A DNA stretch of 64,000 nt from an uncultured delta proteobacterium. GTDB lineage: Bacteria > Myxococcota > Kuafuiibacteriia > Kuafuiibacteriales > Kuafuiibacteriaceae. Position 1 is the first letter of the stretch, and each line of letters starts with the position of its first letter. Under the pieces are notes generated by a model, which saw only the letters and a program-made list of their open reading frames with translations, was not told the origin of the DNA and ran no database searches. Positions 19,657-30,958 of the stretch are shown piece after piece. Position numbers and translations under genes: made by a program. The stretch lies in assembly GCA_963803435.1 (NCBI GenBank), contig CAWDML010000001.1, positions 320,001 to 384,000 of the forward strand. Reading direction: 5' to 3'.

Positions 19657-21651
19657 TCAGGGATCCGGCGTGTAGCGGAGGATCGTGCTCTCCGGCCAGT
19701 CGAGCCCTCCGCAGCTGGGGCTGCAGCCGAGCACGTCCGCGCCCGCCGATCCGTCGAACGACTCCCAGCCGGCGCTGGCCGTGAAGTCGTTCGCGCGAAG
19801 CATGATCGGTCCGTAGTGGACCTCGATGACGTTCGTGGACTCGTACAGCCTCGCCTCGGCGCTCACGATCGGCGTCTGGCTCGAGAAGCCGGTGACGTCG
19901 AGGAACGTGAAGGTACGGACGCGCTGTGGGGCGGCTCCGGCGATCGTGGAGGTGATCGTCGAGATCGGTCCGGCCGGTGAGGCCGTGTGGAGGTCGTCCC
20001 ACCACCACGCGATGAGGGCGTTCGGCAGGCCGCGGCTCGGCAGGGGGGTGTTGCTGATCGACTCGATCCCGATCGGTCCGTCGAACCCGATGATCCCGTT
20101 CGTGCTGATCAGCGCGGTGGCGACCGGCACGCCCGCGAACTCGAACGGAAAGCCGATGGGGACCGAGGTCGAGCCGTCGTCCGCGTTGGTGAAGACGAGG
20201 CTGGCGCCGCCGGCCGGCACGAGCGGCGTGTTGGGGACCGTGGTGACGGAGTAGCCGTGCTGTTCCGGGAGGGCCCGACCCGTGAGCGCGATCTGAGGAC
20301 GGCTCATGTCCTCCGCCAGGAACGAGAGCGTCCCGCTGTGCAAGCCAGCCTGCATGGGCGCAAAAGCGGCGGTGACGAGGAGCGAGGCCCCGGAGTCGAG
20401 GAGGAAGCTCTGTCCGGGGAGTGGAACGACGGAGCTGAACGCCGGATCGCTGCCCGGCTCGAGCCCGAGGAAATCGAGCGAGCAGCTCACGAAGCCCACA
20501 TTCTGGATCAGCGCGTTCGCCTCCACGCGCTGACCGAGCGGCACTGCGCCGAAGTCGATGCTCGGCTGGACCTCGAGCCGACAGCTCTCCCGGCCCACCG
20601 CCTCGGCGAAGATCGCGATCAACGCGACGCCTCCGTCGTGCCGGATCTGGAGTGTCTCCATGAACCGCCCCGCCATCGTCGGAGTGAAGGCGATTTCAAG
20701 CGCGATCACATCGTTCGGATCGACCGTGGAGGGCAGCATGCGCGGCATCCCGTTCACGCGAAGCTCGACGACGAGCCCCGGCGTCCGGCCCGGTGCCAGC
20801 TGGACCTCGGCGATCGTCGTCGGTCCGTCGGCGCGGCACAGCGCCCTCGCCGTCTCGGTCGAGCCCGCCGGCACCGGCCCCAGGAACACCTGGGCATCGC
20901 AGGCGAACGTCTCGCCGCCGCCGCCCTCCCCTCGGATCGTCTTGGAGGACGTGTTCTGACCGCCGGGGACGATCGCGAGCAGGTCGGCCCGGCCCTGGTA
21001 CGGCCCGCGGTGGTCGGGGCAGAGCTCGATGGGGAGACGGAGCTCCCCGCCCGGCCGCACATGTCCCGACACGGCCCGCACCGGACGGAAGCCCTCGGCG
21101 CCGATCAGCGCGAAGCTCTGGGCGTCGACCGCGTAGTCGGTGTCGTTCGTGCAGGTGACCTCGAGCTCGCGGCAGGTCCCGACCGCGACCGCGCCGAAGT
21201 CGCCGCCCGCGCAGCGGAACGCCTCGGCCACCCCGATGCCCTCGACGGTCTCAAAGAGCGCCGGATCGAAGCGGAGCGTGGCCTTCGAATCGCCGGCGAT
21301 CGGCTCGTAGCGGACGGACGCGCCGATGGTCTGGCCCGGCCCGAGGCTCCAGCGGAAGCCGACGGGCGCGCCGTCGATCCGGAAGGCGCCGTCGCCCCCG
21401 TCGATGCCGGCCAGCTCTACGGCCACCGTCTCGATCCCCACGTTCTGCAGCTGGAGCGGTGCGAGATAGACGCCGCCCACCGGCGCCCGGCCGAACGGGG
21501 GAACCGCCGAGATGAAGAGAAAGTCCGGCTCCGCGCCGAGACAGCCGTCCTCGGTGGAGACGGTACCCGGTGGACAGAGGAGCTCTCCGGTCTCGGCGAC
21601 GCCGCACCCGAACGCGGTGATCGCGAGCGCGATGGCGGCCGAGCGGATCAT
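19657..21651 (-). CDS. Lipoprotein with tandem choice-of-anchor D / ASH Ig-like domains and a C-terminal nidogen-like domain
   Basis: Lipobox TAFGC; repeated DFGAVP.G..NVG..FAP motifs; IGFPFEFAG..ISTNG..IAWWWDDL. Confidence 0.8.
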   Translation of the reverse strand: MIRSAAIALAITAFGCGVAETGELLCPPGTVSTEDGCLGAEPDFLFISAVPPFGRAPVGGVYLAPLQLQNVGIETVAVELAGIDGGDGAFRIDGAPVGFRWSLGPGQTIGASVRYEPIAGDSKATLRFDPALFETVEGIGVAEAFRCAGGDFGAVAVGTCRELEVTCTNDTDYAVDAQSFALIGAEGFRPVRAVSGHVRPGGELRLPIELCPDHRGPYQGRADLLAIVPGGQNTSSKTIRGEGGGGETFACDAQVFLGPVPAGSTETARALCRADGPTTIAEVQLAPGRTPGLVVELRVNGMPRMLPSTVDPNDVIALEIAFTPTMAGRFMETLQIRHDGGVALIAIFAEAVGRESCRLEVQPSIDFGAVPLGQRVEANALIQNVGFVSCSLDFLGLEPGSDPAFSSVVPLPGQSFLLDSGASLLVTAAFAPMQAGLHSGTLSFLAEDMSRPQIALTGRALPEQHGYSVTTVPNTPLVPAGGASLVFTNADDGSTSVPIGFPFEFAGVPVATALISTNGIIGFDGPIGIESISNTPLPSRGLPNALIAWWWDDLHTASPAGPISTITSTIAGAAPQRVRTFTFLDVTGFSSQTPIVSAEARLYESTNVIEVHYGPIMLRANDFTASAGWESFDGSAGADVLGCSPSCGGLDWPESTILRYTPDP

Positions 21652-21652
21652 G

Positions 21653-22087
21653 TCACGCGAAGTCCCTGAGCATCTTGCGGAGCTCGATCGTGTGCAGCTC
21701 CTCGGTGCCGATCATGCTACGCGCAAACTCCTCGAGATACACGCTCGCGCCCTCCACGACGTCGAGGAGCTGCTTGTAGAGGTTGAGGGCCCGCTGCTCG
21801 TGATTGAGGCTCTCGCGCAGGATCGCCGAGATGTCGTGCTGGTGGCTCTCCTCGATCGGCGCGATGCCCAAGGTGGGGTGTCCCTCGAGGCCGGTCAGGA
21901 TCTCGCCGGCCTGCTGGGCGTGGAGCAGCGATTCCGTGGCCTGCCGCTTCATGAAGTCCACGATCGGCAACCGGTTGGGACCGGTGATCATCAGCGCGTA
22001 GTGGGTGTAGCGGACGACGCCGGCAAGCTCGTATTCCATGATTTGATTGAGAAGGGCGGTCGTGTTCTCGACGTTGAGGTCGTGCAC
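21653..22087 (-). CDS. Bacterioferritin/ferritin-like protein
   Basis: LNQIMEYELAGVVRYTHY, ESLLHA, EE.H diiron ExxH motifs. Confidence 0.88.
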   Translation of the reverse strand: MHDLNVENTTALLNQIMEYELAGVVRYTHYALMITGPNRLPIVDFMKRQATESLLHAQQAGEILTGLEGHPTLGIAPIEESHQHDISAILRESLNHEQRALNLYKQLLDVVEGASVYLEEFARSMIGTEELHTIELRKMLRDFA

Positions 22088-22190
22088 TTTGCCCTGGTCT
22101 CACTTTTTTCGACCCCGAGGCAAGCGCCGGGATGATCGCGCGCACAGAACGTTTTTCTCCACCCGTCGTTCAAGGCTATCTGTGTGCGCC

Positions 22191-24192
22191 ATGAGAACCT
22201 GGCTGATCTCCGCCGCGCTCCTGCTCCCCGCAGCCGCGCAGGCCGAGAAGGTACCCGCGATCGCCGTGGGCCCGGAGCTTCGAGAGGAGGCGCCGGTGCT
22301 CGACGCGCCCATCGACGAGGTGACGGTCTACTCCGATCGCGCCCGCGTGGTCCGTCGAGCCCGCGCCGACGCCAAGGCGGGCGTGAACGCCTATCGCCTC
22401 CCCGATCTGCCGGGCGGCGCCCTCCTCGACACCGTCCGCATCAGCGCCAAGGGCGCGCGGGTGATTCGTGCCGAGGCCTCGCCCGTGGAGCGCGAGGTGG
22501 TCTCGATCGCCCAGGTCGAGGGCCTCATCGGCGAGCTCGAGAAGGTGACCGACCGGATCGCCGACCTCGAGGCGGCGCTCGCGATCGATCGCAGCGAGCT
22601 GGAGCGGATCGCGGGCGTCCATCCCGCGCCGCCCGTCGAGGAGAAGGATCGCGATGGGAGGAAGCCGCTCCCGGTCGCCACCGACGCCTGGTTCAAGTCG
22701 GTCGCGTTCCTGAGCGCCCGCGACAGCGCGGCGCGCGCCCGCATCCAGAAGGCCGAGGCCGAGGAGGCGAAGCTCGCCGAGAAGCGTGACGAGCTGGCGG
22801 CCGAGATCGATCGAAAGAACCTGGGCGCGTTCACCGATCGGCGCGTCGAGGTCTTCGTGGCGATCGAGAGCCCGTCGGCCCGCAAGGTCGACCTGGCGCT
22901 CGAGTACTTCATGCCGGGCGCGCGCTGGAAACCGGCGTACGACCTCCGCTTCGAGCAGGACGGCCACCTCACCGTCGAGACGGCGGCGATGGTGCAGCAG
23001 GCTACTGGAGAGGACTGGACGAACGTCGCTCTTCTCCTCTCGACCGCGATCCCCGGCCAGGGCATCGAGCTCCCCGAGCTGCTCACCTGGACGCTCGGCG
23101 AGTCGCGCGACTTCCTCCCTCAACCCCGCGCGGCCCGCGCGCCGCCGACACCGCCGCGGTTCGCGCCGCCCTCACCGCTGCCTACCCGCGCCGAGGAGCG
23201 GCGGGAGATCGAGGTCGAGATCCTCAGGACGCGGTACGCGGTGGCGATGGGACGGGCCTCCGTGCCGGAGGTCTCCTCGCGGGCCTACGGCTCCGGGCTC
23301 GCGACCGAGCGGCCGCCCCAACAGCCGCCCGCGATCAAAAAGGCCGAACCTTCGGCGCGCCCCCGCCCCCCGACGCGGGCCAGCCCAGCGCCGCGATACG
23401 ACAACGCACCGGCCTCCCCGAACGCCGACGACTCCGAGCGGTACGAAGCGGCAGAGGTGACGATTCTCGGGCTCCAGCGCCTCGGGGTCCTTCGTGCACA
23501 CGCCGCTGGCGCTCTTCGAGTCGGGCGCTCCGCCGATCACATTCTCCGATCCGTATCTGCCGGCGGTGACCGCAGGCGGCCTCGACTATGTCTACCGCGC
23601 CCCCACGCGCAACACGCTCACGAGCGTCGCCGAGGACCACCGCGTCCCGCTGGTCGCGCAGACGTTCAAGGCCGAGACCTACTACGAGGCGTCGCCTGCG
23701 CTCGACACCACCGCCTACGTCAAGGCCAAGGTGAAGAACGGCTCCGATCGTCCCTGGCTGCGGGGGCCGACGAACATCTTCGTCGGCGGCGAGTTCGTCG
23801 GACAGGGCGAGATCCAGACCACCGGACCCGGCGGCGAGATCGGCTTCCCGCTCGGCGCGGACGAGAACGTGCGGCTGATCAGGACCGTCGTGCCCGCGAC
23901 GAAGCGCGAGGGCTTCTTCAGCAAGGACGACGTCACGACCTACGCCACCGAGATCCAGATCGGAAACTACAAGAAGCAACCGATCACGATCGAGGTCGTG
24001 GATCAGATCCCGAAAACCAACCACGAGGACGTCGAGGTCAAGCTGCTCTCGACGACCCCCGCTTCGCTCGCCGAGCCCGACGCCGACGGTGTCATGCGCT
24101 GGCGGCTCACCGTGCCTCCGGGCCAGACGAAGACGATCCGATTCTCGTACACGATCGGCCGGCCCGCCGATTGGCAGCTCTACCAGCAGTAG
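22191..24192 (+). CDS. DUF4140/DUF4139 (MuiA-like) secreted protein (apparent frameshift at 23462-23466)
   Basis: IDEVTVYSDRARVVR; ARWKPAYDLR; QQATGEDWTNVALLLSTA; IEVVDQIP; removing one T from GATTC joins the ORFs. Confidence 0.88.
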
Positions 24193-24201
24193 GAGGCGGC
24201 G

Positions 24202-25794
24202 ATGGAAGCGTTGGGACTGATCATGATGCTCATGGGGGCGCCGTCGACGGGCTCCACGATCGATCGGGTGGTGGTGTTCGGCGACCGCGCCAAGGTCACG
24301 CGCACCACCGCCGCGGCCTGCGCGGACGGGGTGGCGACGGCGGTCTTCTCTCCCTTGCCCGACACTCTGGACGTACGGACGCTCCGCGGCGAATCGAAGG
24401 CCGGCGAGGTCATCGGGGTGACGTCGAGCGTGCTCGTGGACGAGCAGGCGATGGGCGACAAGGCCAAGGAGCTGACCGCCAAGAAGGACGTGCTCGACGC
24501 GAAGATCGTCGAGAAACAGGCGGCGCTGGCGAGCCTGGCGGGGGAGACGCAGCGGGTGGGGGAGTTCGAGGCCCTCTTCACCCGGGTGCTCGACGAGGAG
24601 GTCAGGAACCCGCAACCCGCGGTCGCTTCCTGGTCACAGACGCTCGACCGCTTCCACAAGCAGGAGAGCACGCTGGGCGAGCGCCGGCTCGCCGTGGAGC
24701 GGGAGCTGCGCGATCTCTCGCGGGAGCAGACGCGCCTGTCGCGGCGGATCGAGCGCCTCGGGGCGGCGTCCAATCACCAGGCCCGCAGCGCCGCGGTCAC
24801 GGTGCACTGCGGGCAGCAGCCTAAAGTGCAAGTCGAGTTGACGTACTTGGTTCCCGGCGCGCTCTGGCGACCCGAGTACGATCTCGACTTCTCGGCCAAC
24901 CGCGGGAAGATCGGCCCGGGCGACGCGCGGTTGACGGTGGCGGCGGTGGTCCAGCAGTCCACCGGCGAGGACTGGTCCAACGTGCGGATCTCGCTCTCCA
25001 CCGCCAAGCCGAAGCTGGGGGCGGAGGCTCCCTATCCGGCGCCGCTTTGGATCACCGCCCAGAAGGAGCAGAAGGGGAAGGTGCTGGTGGAGGGATACGA
25101 GCGACGTGCGCAGCTGGAGGCGGGCGCGAACACCGCGAACGCCGGACCCGAGAGCGCCGAGCTCGAGGACAACGGCCAGGCGGTCCTGCTCCAGCTCCCG
25201 CATCGGGTCACGGTCGTCGCCGACGGCCGGCCCTACTGGAGCCCGGTCGACGCGGTCGAGGCCAAGGCCACCGGCAAGCTGGTCGCGATCCCCAAGCTGC
25301 GGCCGTACGTGTTCCGCATGGTATCGCTGAAGAACCCGGCCGCCTATCCGCTGCTCGAAGGACGCGTGCACAGCTTCCGCGGTGGTTCGTACGTCGGCGA
25401 CACCAACGTGACCTTCAAGGGCGCAGGCGAGCCGATGGAGGTGTCGCTCGGGATCGACGAGGAGCTGCACGTCGAGCGCAAGACGCTGACGGACAGAGAT
25501 CGGGGCGCGGGCTTTCTCAGCTCGACGAAGCACCTGGCGCGCGCCTACCGGATCACCGTGAAGAACCGATCGAAGACGCGCGAGAAGGTGGAGGTCCGGG
25601 AGAACATCCCGGTCTCGAAGATCGACGACGTGAAGGTGGAGCTGCTCGCGGCCGGAACCACGGCCGGATACCAGCTCGACGCGAAGCGCGGCTTTCTGGC
25701 GTGGACCCTCGACCTCTCCCCCGGGACCGAGAAGGAGGTGAACGTCGCCTACGAGGTCCACCTGCCGGAGGATTGGAAGGCATCAAACTTCTGA
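24202..25794 (+). CDS. DUF4140/DUF4139 (mucoidy inhibitor MuiA family) protein
   Basis: GGAGG RBS; IDRVVVFGDRAKVTR; WRPEYDL; QSTGEDWSNVRISLSTAKP; VRENIPVS. Confidence 0.9.
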   Translation: MEALGLIMMLMGAPSTGSTIDRVVVFGDRAKVTRTTAAACADGVATAVFSPLPDTLDVRTLRGESKAGEVIGVTSSVLVDEQAMGDKAKELTAKKDVLDAKIVEKQAALASLAGETQRVGEFEALFTRVLDEEVRNPQPAVASWSQTLDRFHKQESTLGERRLAVERELRDLSREQTRLSRRIERLGAASNHQARSAAVTVHCGQQPKVQVELTYLVPGALWRPEYDLDFSANRGKIGPGDARLTVAAVVQQSTGEDWSNVRISLSTAKPKLGAEAPYPAPLWITAQKEQKGKVLVEGYERRAQLEAGANTANAGPESAELEDNGQAVLLQLPHRVTVVADGRPYWSPVDAVEAKATGKLVAIPKLRPYVFRMVSLKNPAAYPLLEGRVHSFRGGSYVGDTNVTFKGAGEPMEVSLGIDEELHVERKTLTDRDRGAGFLSSTKHLARAYRITVKNRSKTREKVEVRENIPVSKIDDVKVELLAAGTTAGYQLDAKRGFLAWTLDLSPGTEKEVNVAYEVHLPEDWKASNF

Positions 25795-25924
25795 GAGCGC
25801 ACCCCCCGGGAGGCGCCGGACGATCTGAGGCCCGCCCGGGCTCGGCGTCGGCCAAACGCGCGCCAACAGAGGGTTTCAGGGCGCAGCGCAGGCCTGGCGC
25901 GCAGGATGCTAGTTTGACCTGTCC

Positions 25925-27586
25925 ATGATGCGATCCAGGGCCTTCGCGCTCACTTCGGCCTCCCTCCTCGCCGGCGCCTTCCTCTCCGCTCCTCGCCGAG
26001 CGGACGCCTGCGGCGGTCTCTTCTGCAACACGACCCCGGTGGTCCAGTCGGAGGAGGCGATCGTCTTCGACGTCGATCTCCCGAACAACTCGGTCACCGC
26101 GATCATCAACATCGTCTATCAGGGGAGCGCGAACGAGTTCGTCTGGGTGCTCCCGCTCCAGTCTGCGCCCACGCGCATCGAGACCGGATCGCAGCAGGCG
26201 TTCACCACGCTGCAGCAGCTGACCACGCCCCAGTTCCGCATCACGGACTACCAGGACGTCGGCATGTGCGCCGACTTCCCGACGCCGCTCGCCGGTTTCG
26301 CGAACGAAGACTCGGCGACCCGCGGCGGCGCCGACGCACCGCCGCAGGATCCCGGCGTCACCGTCGTCAGCCGCGATCAGGTCGGGCCGTACGACACCGT
26401 CGTGCTCGAAGGCGTTCCGAAGGCGGTCCGCGACTGGCTCGTGGAGAACGGCTTCCTCGTGACCGACCAGATGATGGAGAAGGTCACGCCGTACCTCGCG
26501 CAGGGTGACACGCTGCTGGCGCTCAAGCTCCTCAACGATCGCGACGTCGGCGAGATCCGGCCGATCGAGGTGACGATGCAGACGGACGTGGCCGAGAAGG
26601 CGATCGAGGCCTGCGTCCCGATCCGCCTCACCGCCATCGCGGCCCAGGCCGACATGCCCATCACCACCTACGTCTTCAGCGACGCTGGGCGCGCGATCCC
26701 CAAGAACTACTTCCACGTGATCCCGAACCTGCTGAAGATCGACTGGATCAATTACGGCAGCAACTATCGCCAGCTGATCGCGGACGCGGTGGACGAGGCC
26801 GACGCCGGACATGCCTTCGTGACCGAGTACGCCGGCTCCCCGAGCATCCTCGAGAACCAGCTGTACACCGACAGCATGTTCGACCTCGATCGGCTCCGCG
26901 CCCAGACCGACCTCGGCGCGTTCCTCCAGGAGCTGATCAACCAGAACCTGCTCCGCCGTGAGGGTGTGCGCCCGATCCTCGAGCACTACTTCCAGACGGT
27001 GAAGGACTGCCCCGGATGCTCGCCGTTCGACTTCAACGGCCAGCAGATCGATCCGAACGCGGCGGTCGACGACATCGCCCACGACGTGATCGACCCGGAC
27101 CGCCGCGCCCAGCAGATCTTCGACTCGCGCTCGCACTTCACGCGCCTGCTCACGATCCTCGATCCCGAGGAGATGACCGAGGATCCGATCTTCGCGTACG
27201 ACCCGAACCTGGCCGACGTGAGCAACGTTCACGAGGCCAAGATGATCCGGTACTGCGGCATCGGCGGGGCGCCCGGGAGCGCGGGCATCGTCGTGGTCCT
27301 GGAGGACGGGCGCCGGATCTACTTCGACGGCAACGGTCAGTCGAACAACGAGCTCATCGACGCCATGCCGTCGGCCGAGAAGATCGAGCAGCTGGCCGAG
27401 GGCCTGCTCGTCAAGGACAACACGAACGACATCAACAACCTGCTGGACGAGCACAACGACCGGAACAGCAGCGGCTGCGGCTGTGGATCGGCCGGCGAGC
27501 GGGGCGGCGCGGCCGGGAGCGCCGTCGGTGCGCTGATGCTCGGCCTCGTCCTCACGCTGCGCCGCCGCCGAAAAGACCCGAAGTGA
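25925..27586 (+). CDS. DUF2330 domain protein with MYXO-CTERM-type anchor
   Basis: ACGGLFC N-terminus; FVWVLP; VGPYD..WL.ENGF; PIRLT; FVTEYAG; C-terminal SSGCGC + TM + RRRRK. Confidence 0.88.
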   Translation: MMRSRAFALTSASLLAGAFLSAPRRADACGGLFCNTTPVVQSEEAIVFDVDLPNNSVTAIINIVYQGSANEFVWVLPLQSAPTRIETGSQQAFTTLQQLTTPQFRITDYQDVGMCADFPTPLAGFANEDSATRGGADAPPQDPGVTVVSRDQVGPYDTVVLEGVPKAVRDWLVENGFLVTDQMMEKVTPYLAQGDTLLALKLLNDRDVGEIRPIEVTMQTDVAEKAIEACVPIRLTAIAAQADMPITTYVFSDAGRAIPKNYFHVIPNLLKIDWINYGSNYRQLIADAVDEADAGHAFVTEYAGSPSILENQLYTDSMFDLDRLRAQTDLGAFLQELINQNLLRREGVRPILEHYFQTVKDCPGCSPFDFNGQQIDPNAAVDDIAHDVIDPDRRAQQIFDSRSHFTRLLTILDPEEMTEDPIFAYDPNLADVSNVHEAKMIRYCGIGGAPGSAGIVVVLEDGRRIYFDGNGQSNNELIDAMPSAEKIEQLAEGLLVKDNTNDINNLLDEHNDRNSSGCGCGSAGERGGAAGSAVGALMLGLVLTLRRRRKDPK

Positions 27587-27635
27587 GCGCGGCGGGCTTT
27601 GCCCGCACGGTCCGCCCCCCTACCATCGAGCCGTC

Positions 27636-28172
27636 ATGATGCTCCGCGTCCGGATGGTTCCGCTCGCCCTGCTCTTCGCCTGCGGACAGGGAACCGACGG
27701 CTCTGTACCCGACACCGGGCTCCCGCCGGTCGATTGCCCCACCCACGACGGCGCCACCTTCGAGCTGGGCACCGGCCAGAGCGAGTTCATCCCGATCGCC
27801 GACGAGGCCCCGCTCTCGATCACGCGCGGCCCGCAGGGGGGCTGCCACTTCTTCATCTCGGTCCGCACCGACGGCTTCGCCGAGCGCCGCTTCGTCATCC
27901 AGTACGAGGTCCTGTTCGCCGAGACCGGCACGACCACCGGGAGCCGCAGCTCCTTCACGGTTCGGCTCCGCCCGGTCGACGATCAGCCGGGCCGCTGCCA
28001 GTTCCTGGGGAGCACCGCCTTCCTCATCCAGCCCTGGAGATTCGTCGACGACCGCGTGATCCTCGAGGTCAACGTGACCGACGACGAGGGACGGACCGAC
28101 TCGAAGAGGAAGACGGTGATCGCCCGCTGGCCGTCCGGGCTCCCCGACGACGCCTGCGGGCCGCGCAGCTGA
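27636..28172 (+). CDS. Hypothetical myxobacterial-type lipoprotein
   Basis: Lipobox LLFAC; ELGTG..F.P and GPQGG.H motif. Confidence 0.75.
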   Translation: MMLRVRMVPLALLFACGQGTDGSVPDTGLPPVDCPTHDGATFELGTGQSEFIPIADEAPLSITRGPQGGCHFFISVRTDGFAERRFVIQYEVLFAETGTTTGSRSSFTVRLRPVDDQPGRCQFLGSTAFLIQPWRFVDDRVILEVNVTDDEGRTDSKRKTVIARWPSGLPDDACGPRS

Positions 28173-28179
28173 GCGACAG

Positions 28180-29499
28180 ATGAGCCTCGATCCCGATGAC
28201 TGGGAGGCGCTCAGGCGCCTCGGCCACCGCATGATCGATCGGATGATCGATCGGCACCGGACGATCGCGGGGGAGAGAGTTCACCGGCAGCCGGGCCACC
28301 ACAAGAAGCGCCTGCAGCGACCGGTGCCCGAGCAGGGCGCCGGCTTCGAGGCGGCCTACCAGGACTACCTCGACCTGGTGGAGCCGTTCGGCACCGGCAA
28401 CCTGCACCCCCGCTTCTTCGGCTGGGCGCTCGGGAGCGGGACCTCCTTCGGCGCGCTGGCGCAGCTCCTCACCGGCGCGCTCTCGGCCAACGCGTTCGGC
28501 GGCGAGCAGGCGGCCACGTACGTGGAGACGGAGCTGCTCGGTTGGCTGAAGACGATCTTGCGGCAGCCGCCGGAGGCGTGCGGGCTTTTGACCAGCGGCG
28601 CCTCGATCGCGAACCTCTATGCGCTCCACGTGGCGCGCGAGACGCTGGGGAGGCGCCGCGTGGTGGCGTCGGATCAGGTCCACGTCTCGATCGATCGGGC
28701 GTGCCGGATGCTCGGGCTGGAGCTGACGGCGGCCGCAGACCCGGCGGCGGCGATCGACGCCGAGACGCTGGCCGTGGTCGGCACCGCCGGCACCGTGGTG
28801 ACGGGGGCGTTCGAGGACCTGGACCGCCTGGCGCAGGCCGCCGCGGACAAGGGCGCCTGGTTCCACGTCGACGCGGCGATCGGCATCGGCGCCGCGCTGA
28901 CACCGCGCCTGCAGGATAGCTTGCGCGGCCTGGAGCGCGCCGACTCGGTCGCGTTCGATCTCCACAAGTGGTTGCAGATCGGCCCGGGCACGGGGGGCCT
29001 GCTGGTGAGAAACGCCCGGGCCCACGCCGCGGCCTTCCGCCAGCCGAGCCCCTATCTGGGGGCGATCCGCGGGGGCCTGGGAGGCTCCGACGTCTGGTTC
29101 CATCGCCTCGGGGCCGAGCACACCCGGCGATTCCTCGCGCTCGAGCCGTGGCTGGTGCTGCTGGCCTACGGGACGGAGCGGCTGCGGGCGATGGTGGAGG
29201 AGAGCCTCGATCTGGCCCAGCGCTTCGCCGCCCGCGTCGACGCCACGCCCGACCTCGAGCGCCTGGCCGAGGTACCGCTCAACATCGTGCTCTTTCGCTT
29301 CCGGTCCGAGGCCCCACGCGCCAACGAGCGCCTCCTGGCGGAGCTGCAGCAGCGCGGGCGTGCGGTCCTCTCGCCGGCGAGCCTCGGGGACCGGTTCGCG
29401 CTCCGAGCGGCGATCTTCGGGCATCGCACCACGGCCGCGCAGATCGACGCCGCGGTCGACGAGATTGCGGACCTCGGGCGCACGCTGAACTCGGCCTGA
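28180..29499 (+). CDS. PLP-dependent group II amino-acid decarboxylase
   Basis: HPRFFGW; TSGAS.ANL; WFHVDAA; ADSVAFDLHKWL PLP-lysine motif. Confidence 0.92.
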   Translation: MSLDPDDWEALRRLGHRMIDRMIDRHRTIAGERVHRQPGHHKKRLQRPVPEQGAGFEAAYQDYLDLVEPFGTGNLHPRFFGWALGSGTSFGALAQLLTGALSANAFGGEQAATYVETELLGWLKTILRQPPEACGLLTSGASIANLYALHVARETLGRRRVVASDQVHVSIDRACRMLGLELTAAADPAAAIDAETLAVVGTAGTVVTGAFEDLDRLAQAAADKGAWFHVDAAIGIGAALTPRLQDSLRGLERADSVAFDLHKWLQIGPGTGGLLVRNARAHAAAFRQPSPYLGAIRGGLGGSDVWFHRLGAEHTRRFLALEPWLVLLAYGTERLRAMVEESLDLAQRFAARVDATPDLERLAEVPLNIVLFRFRSEAPRANERLLAELQQRGRAVLSPASLGDRFALRAAIFGHRTTAAQIDAAVDEIADLGRTLNSA

Positions 29500-29500
29500 A

Positions 29501-30854
29501 TCAGGCTCTCTTCGAGCGCATCGTCACGAACTCCTCGGCGGCGGTGGGGTGGATGCCAATCGTGCGGTCGAAGTCGGCCTTCTTGGCGCCGCAGCGCAGG
29601 GCGATCGCGACGCCCTGCATGATCTCGGGCGCGTCCGTTCCGACCATGTGGGCCCCGACGACGCGTTCGCTTGCGCTGTCCACCACCAGCTTCATCATGG
29701 CCTTCTCGGCGCGGCCGCTGACCGTCGCCTTGAGCGGCCGGAAGCGGGAGATGAAGACGTCGACCTCGCCCAGGCGGAGGACCGCCTCGGCCTCGGTGAG
29801 CCCGACCGTGGCCACCGGCGGGCTGGAGAACACGGCCGTGGGGATCTGCTCGTAGTCGAGCGCGGTGGGCCAGCCACCGAACACGTTCCCCGCGAAGGCG
29901 TTGGCCTCCGCGAGCGCGACCGGCGTGAGCTGCATGCGATTGATGACGTCGCCCAGAGCGTAGATGTGGGGGACGTTCGTGCGCAGGCGGTCGTCGACGA
30001 CGATCGCGCCGGCCGCATCGACGGCGACACCGGCCGCCTCCAGGCCCAGCTGCTCGGTGTTGGGGAGCCTGCCCACGGCGCAGAGCACGAGATCGGTCTC
30101 GATCGAGCCTCCGCCCTTCAGGGTCGCGCGCAGCCCGCCGGGGACGCGGCGGATTCTGCTCGACGGTCTCGAGCAGGTGCAGCTCGATCCCGCGGGTCGC
30201 CAGGTGGTCGGTCAGCGTCGCCCGCACGTCCTCGTCGAAGCCGCGGAGCACTGCGTGGGCCCGGTGGACCAGCGTCACCCGGGAACCCAGCCCGTTCATG
30301 ATGCTGGCGAACTCGACCGCGATGTAACCGCCGCCGACCACCAGCAGGCGCTCGGGCATCCGCTCGAGGTGGAACATCTGATCGGAGTACACGACCAGGT
30401 CGGTCCCGGGCACCGCCGGCCGGGCGGGACGGCTGCCGGTGGCGATCAGCACGTTGCGGGCGGTGAGGCGCGACCCGCCGACGTCGAGCGTGTGCGGATC
30501 GACGAAGCGCGCCTGGCCCTCGATGACCGTGGCTCCCGCGTCCTCGAGGACCTTCCGGTAGACGTCGTTGAGCCGCGCGATCTCGGTGTCCTTGTTCTTG
30601 ATCAAGCGCTTCCAGTCGAAGCGCGGCGCCGAGGTGTCCCATCCGAACGGGATCGCATCCTCGACCTCTTCGCGGAAGTGTCCCGCGTAGCTCATCAGCT
30701 TCTTGGGTATGCAACCCAGGTTGACACAGGTCCCACCGAGGTGGCCTTTCTCCACCACTGCAACCTTGGCGCCGAACGAGGCGGCGAGACGGCTCGCCCG
30801 CACGCCGCCCGAGCCGGCGCCGATCGTGAGGAGATCGAAGTCGTAGTCGGTCAC
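29501..30854 (-). CDS. gor: Glutathione-disulfide reductase (apparent frameshift at 30152-30156)
   Basis: IGAGSGG; GGTCVNLGCIPKK redox Cys pair; VGGGYIAVEFA; LTPVA; TIGIHPTAAEEF; GTG 30854; removing one base at GATTC joins the halves. Confidence 0.92.
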
Positions 30855-30958
30855 GCCTTTTCTCCGTATCACGATCTGATTCGCGCCCTGAACTGCGAGA
30901 TCGAGCGGGCACCATCGGGGCTGGCCACTGCCCCGGCACCGCCGTATAGAATCGCCGG

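Noticed and set aside
27592-27606. GCGGGC-TTT-GCCCGC hairpin after the DUF2330 gene as a terminator
   Set aside because: Only a 6-bp stem and no following U-tract; too weak to call.
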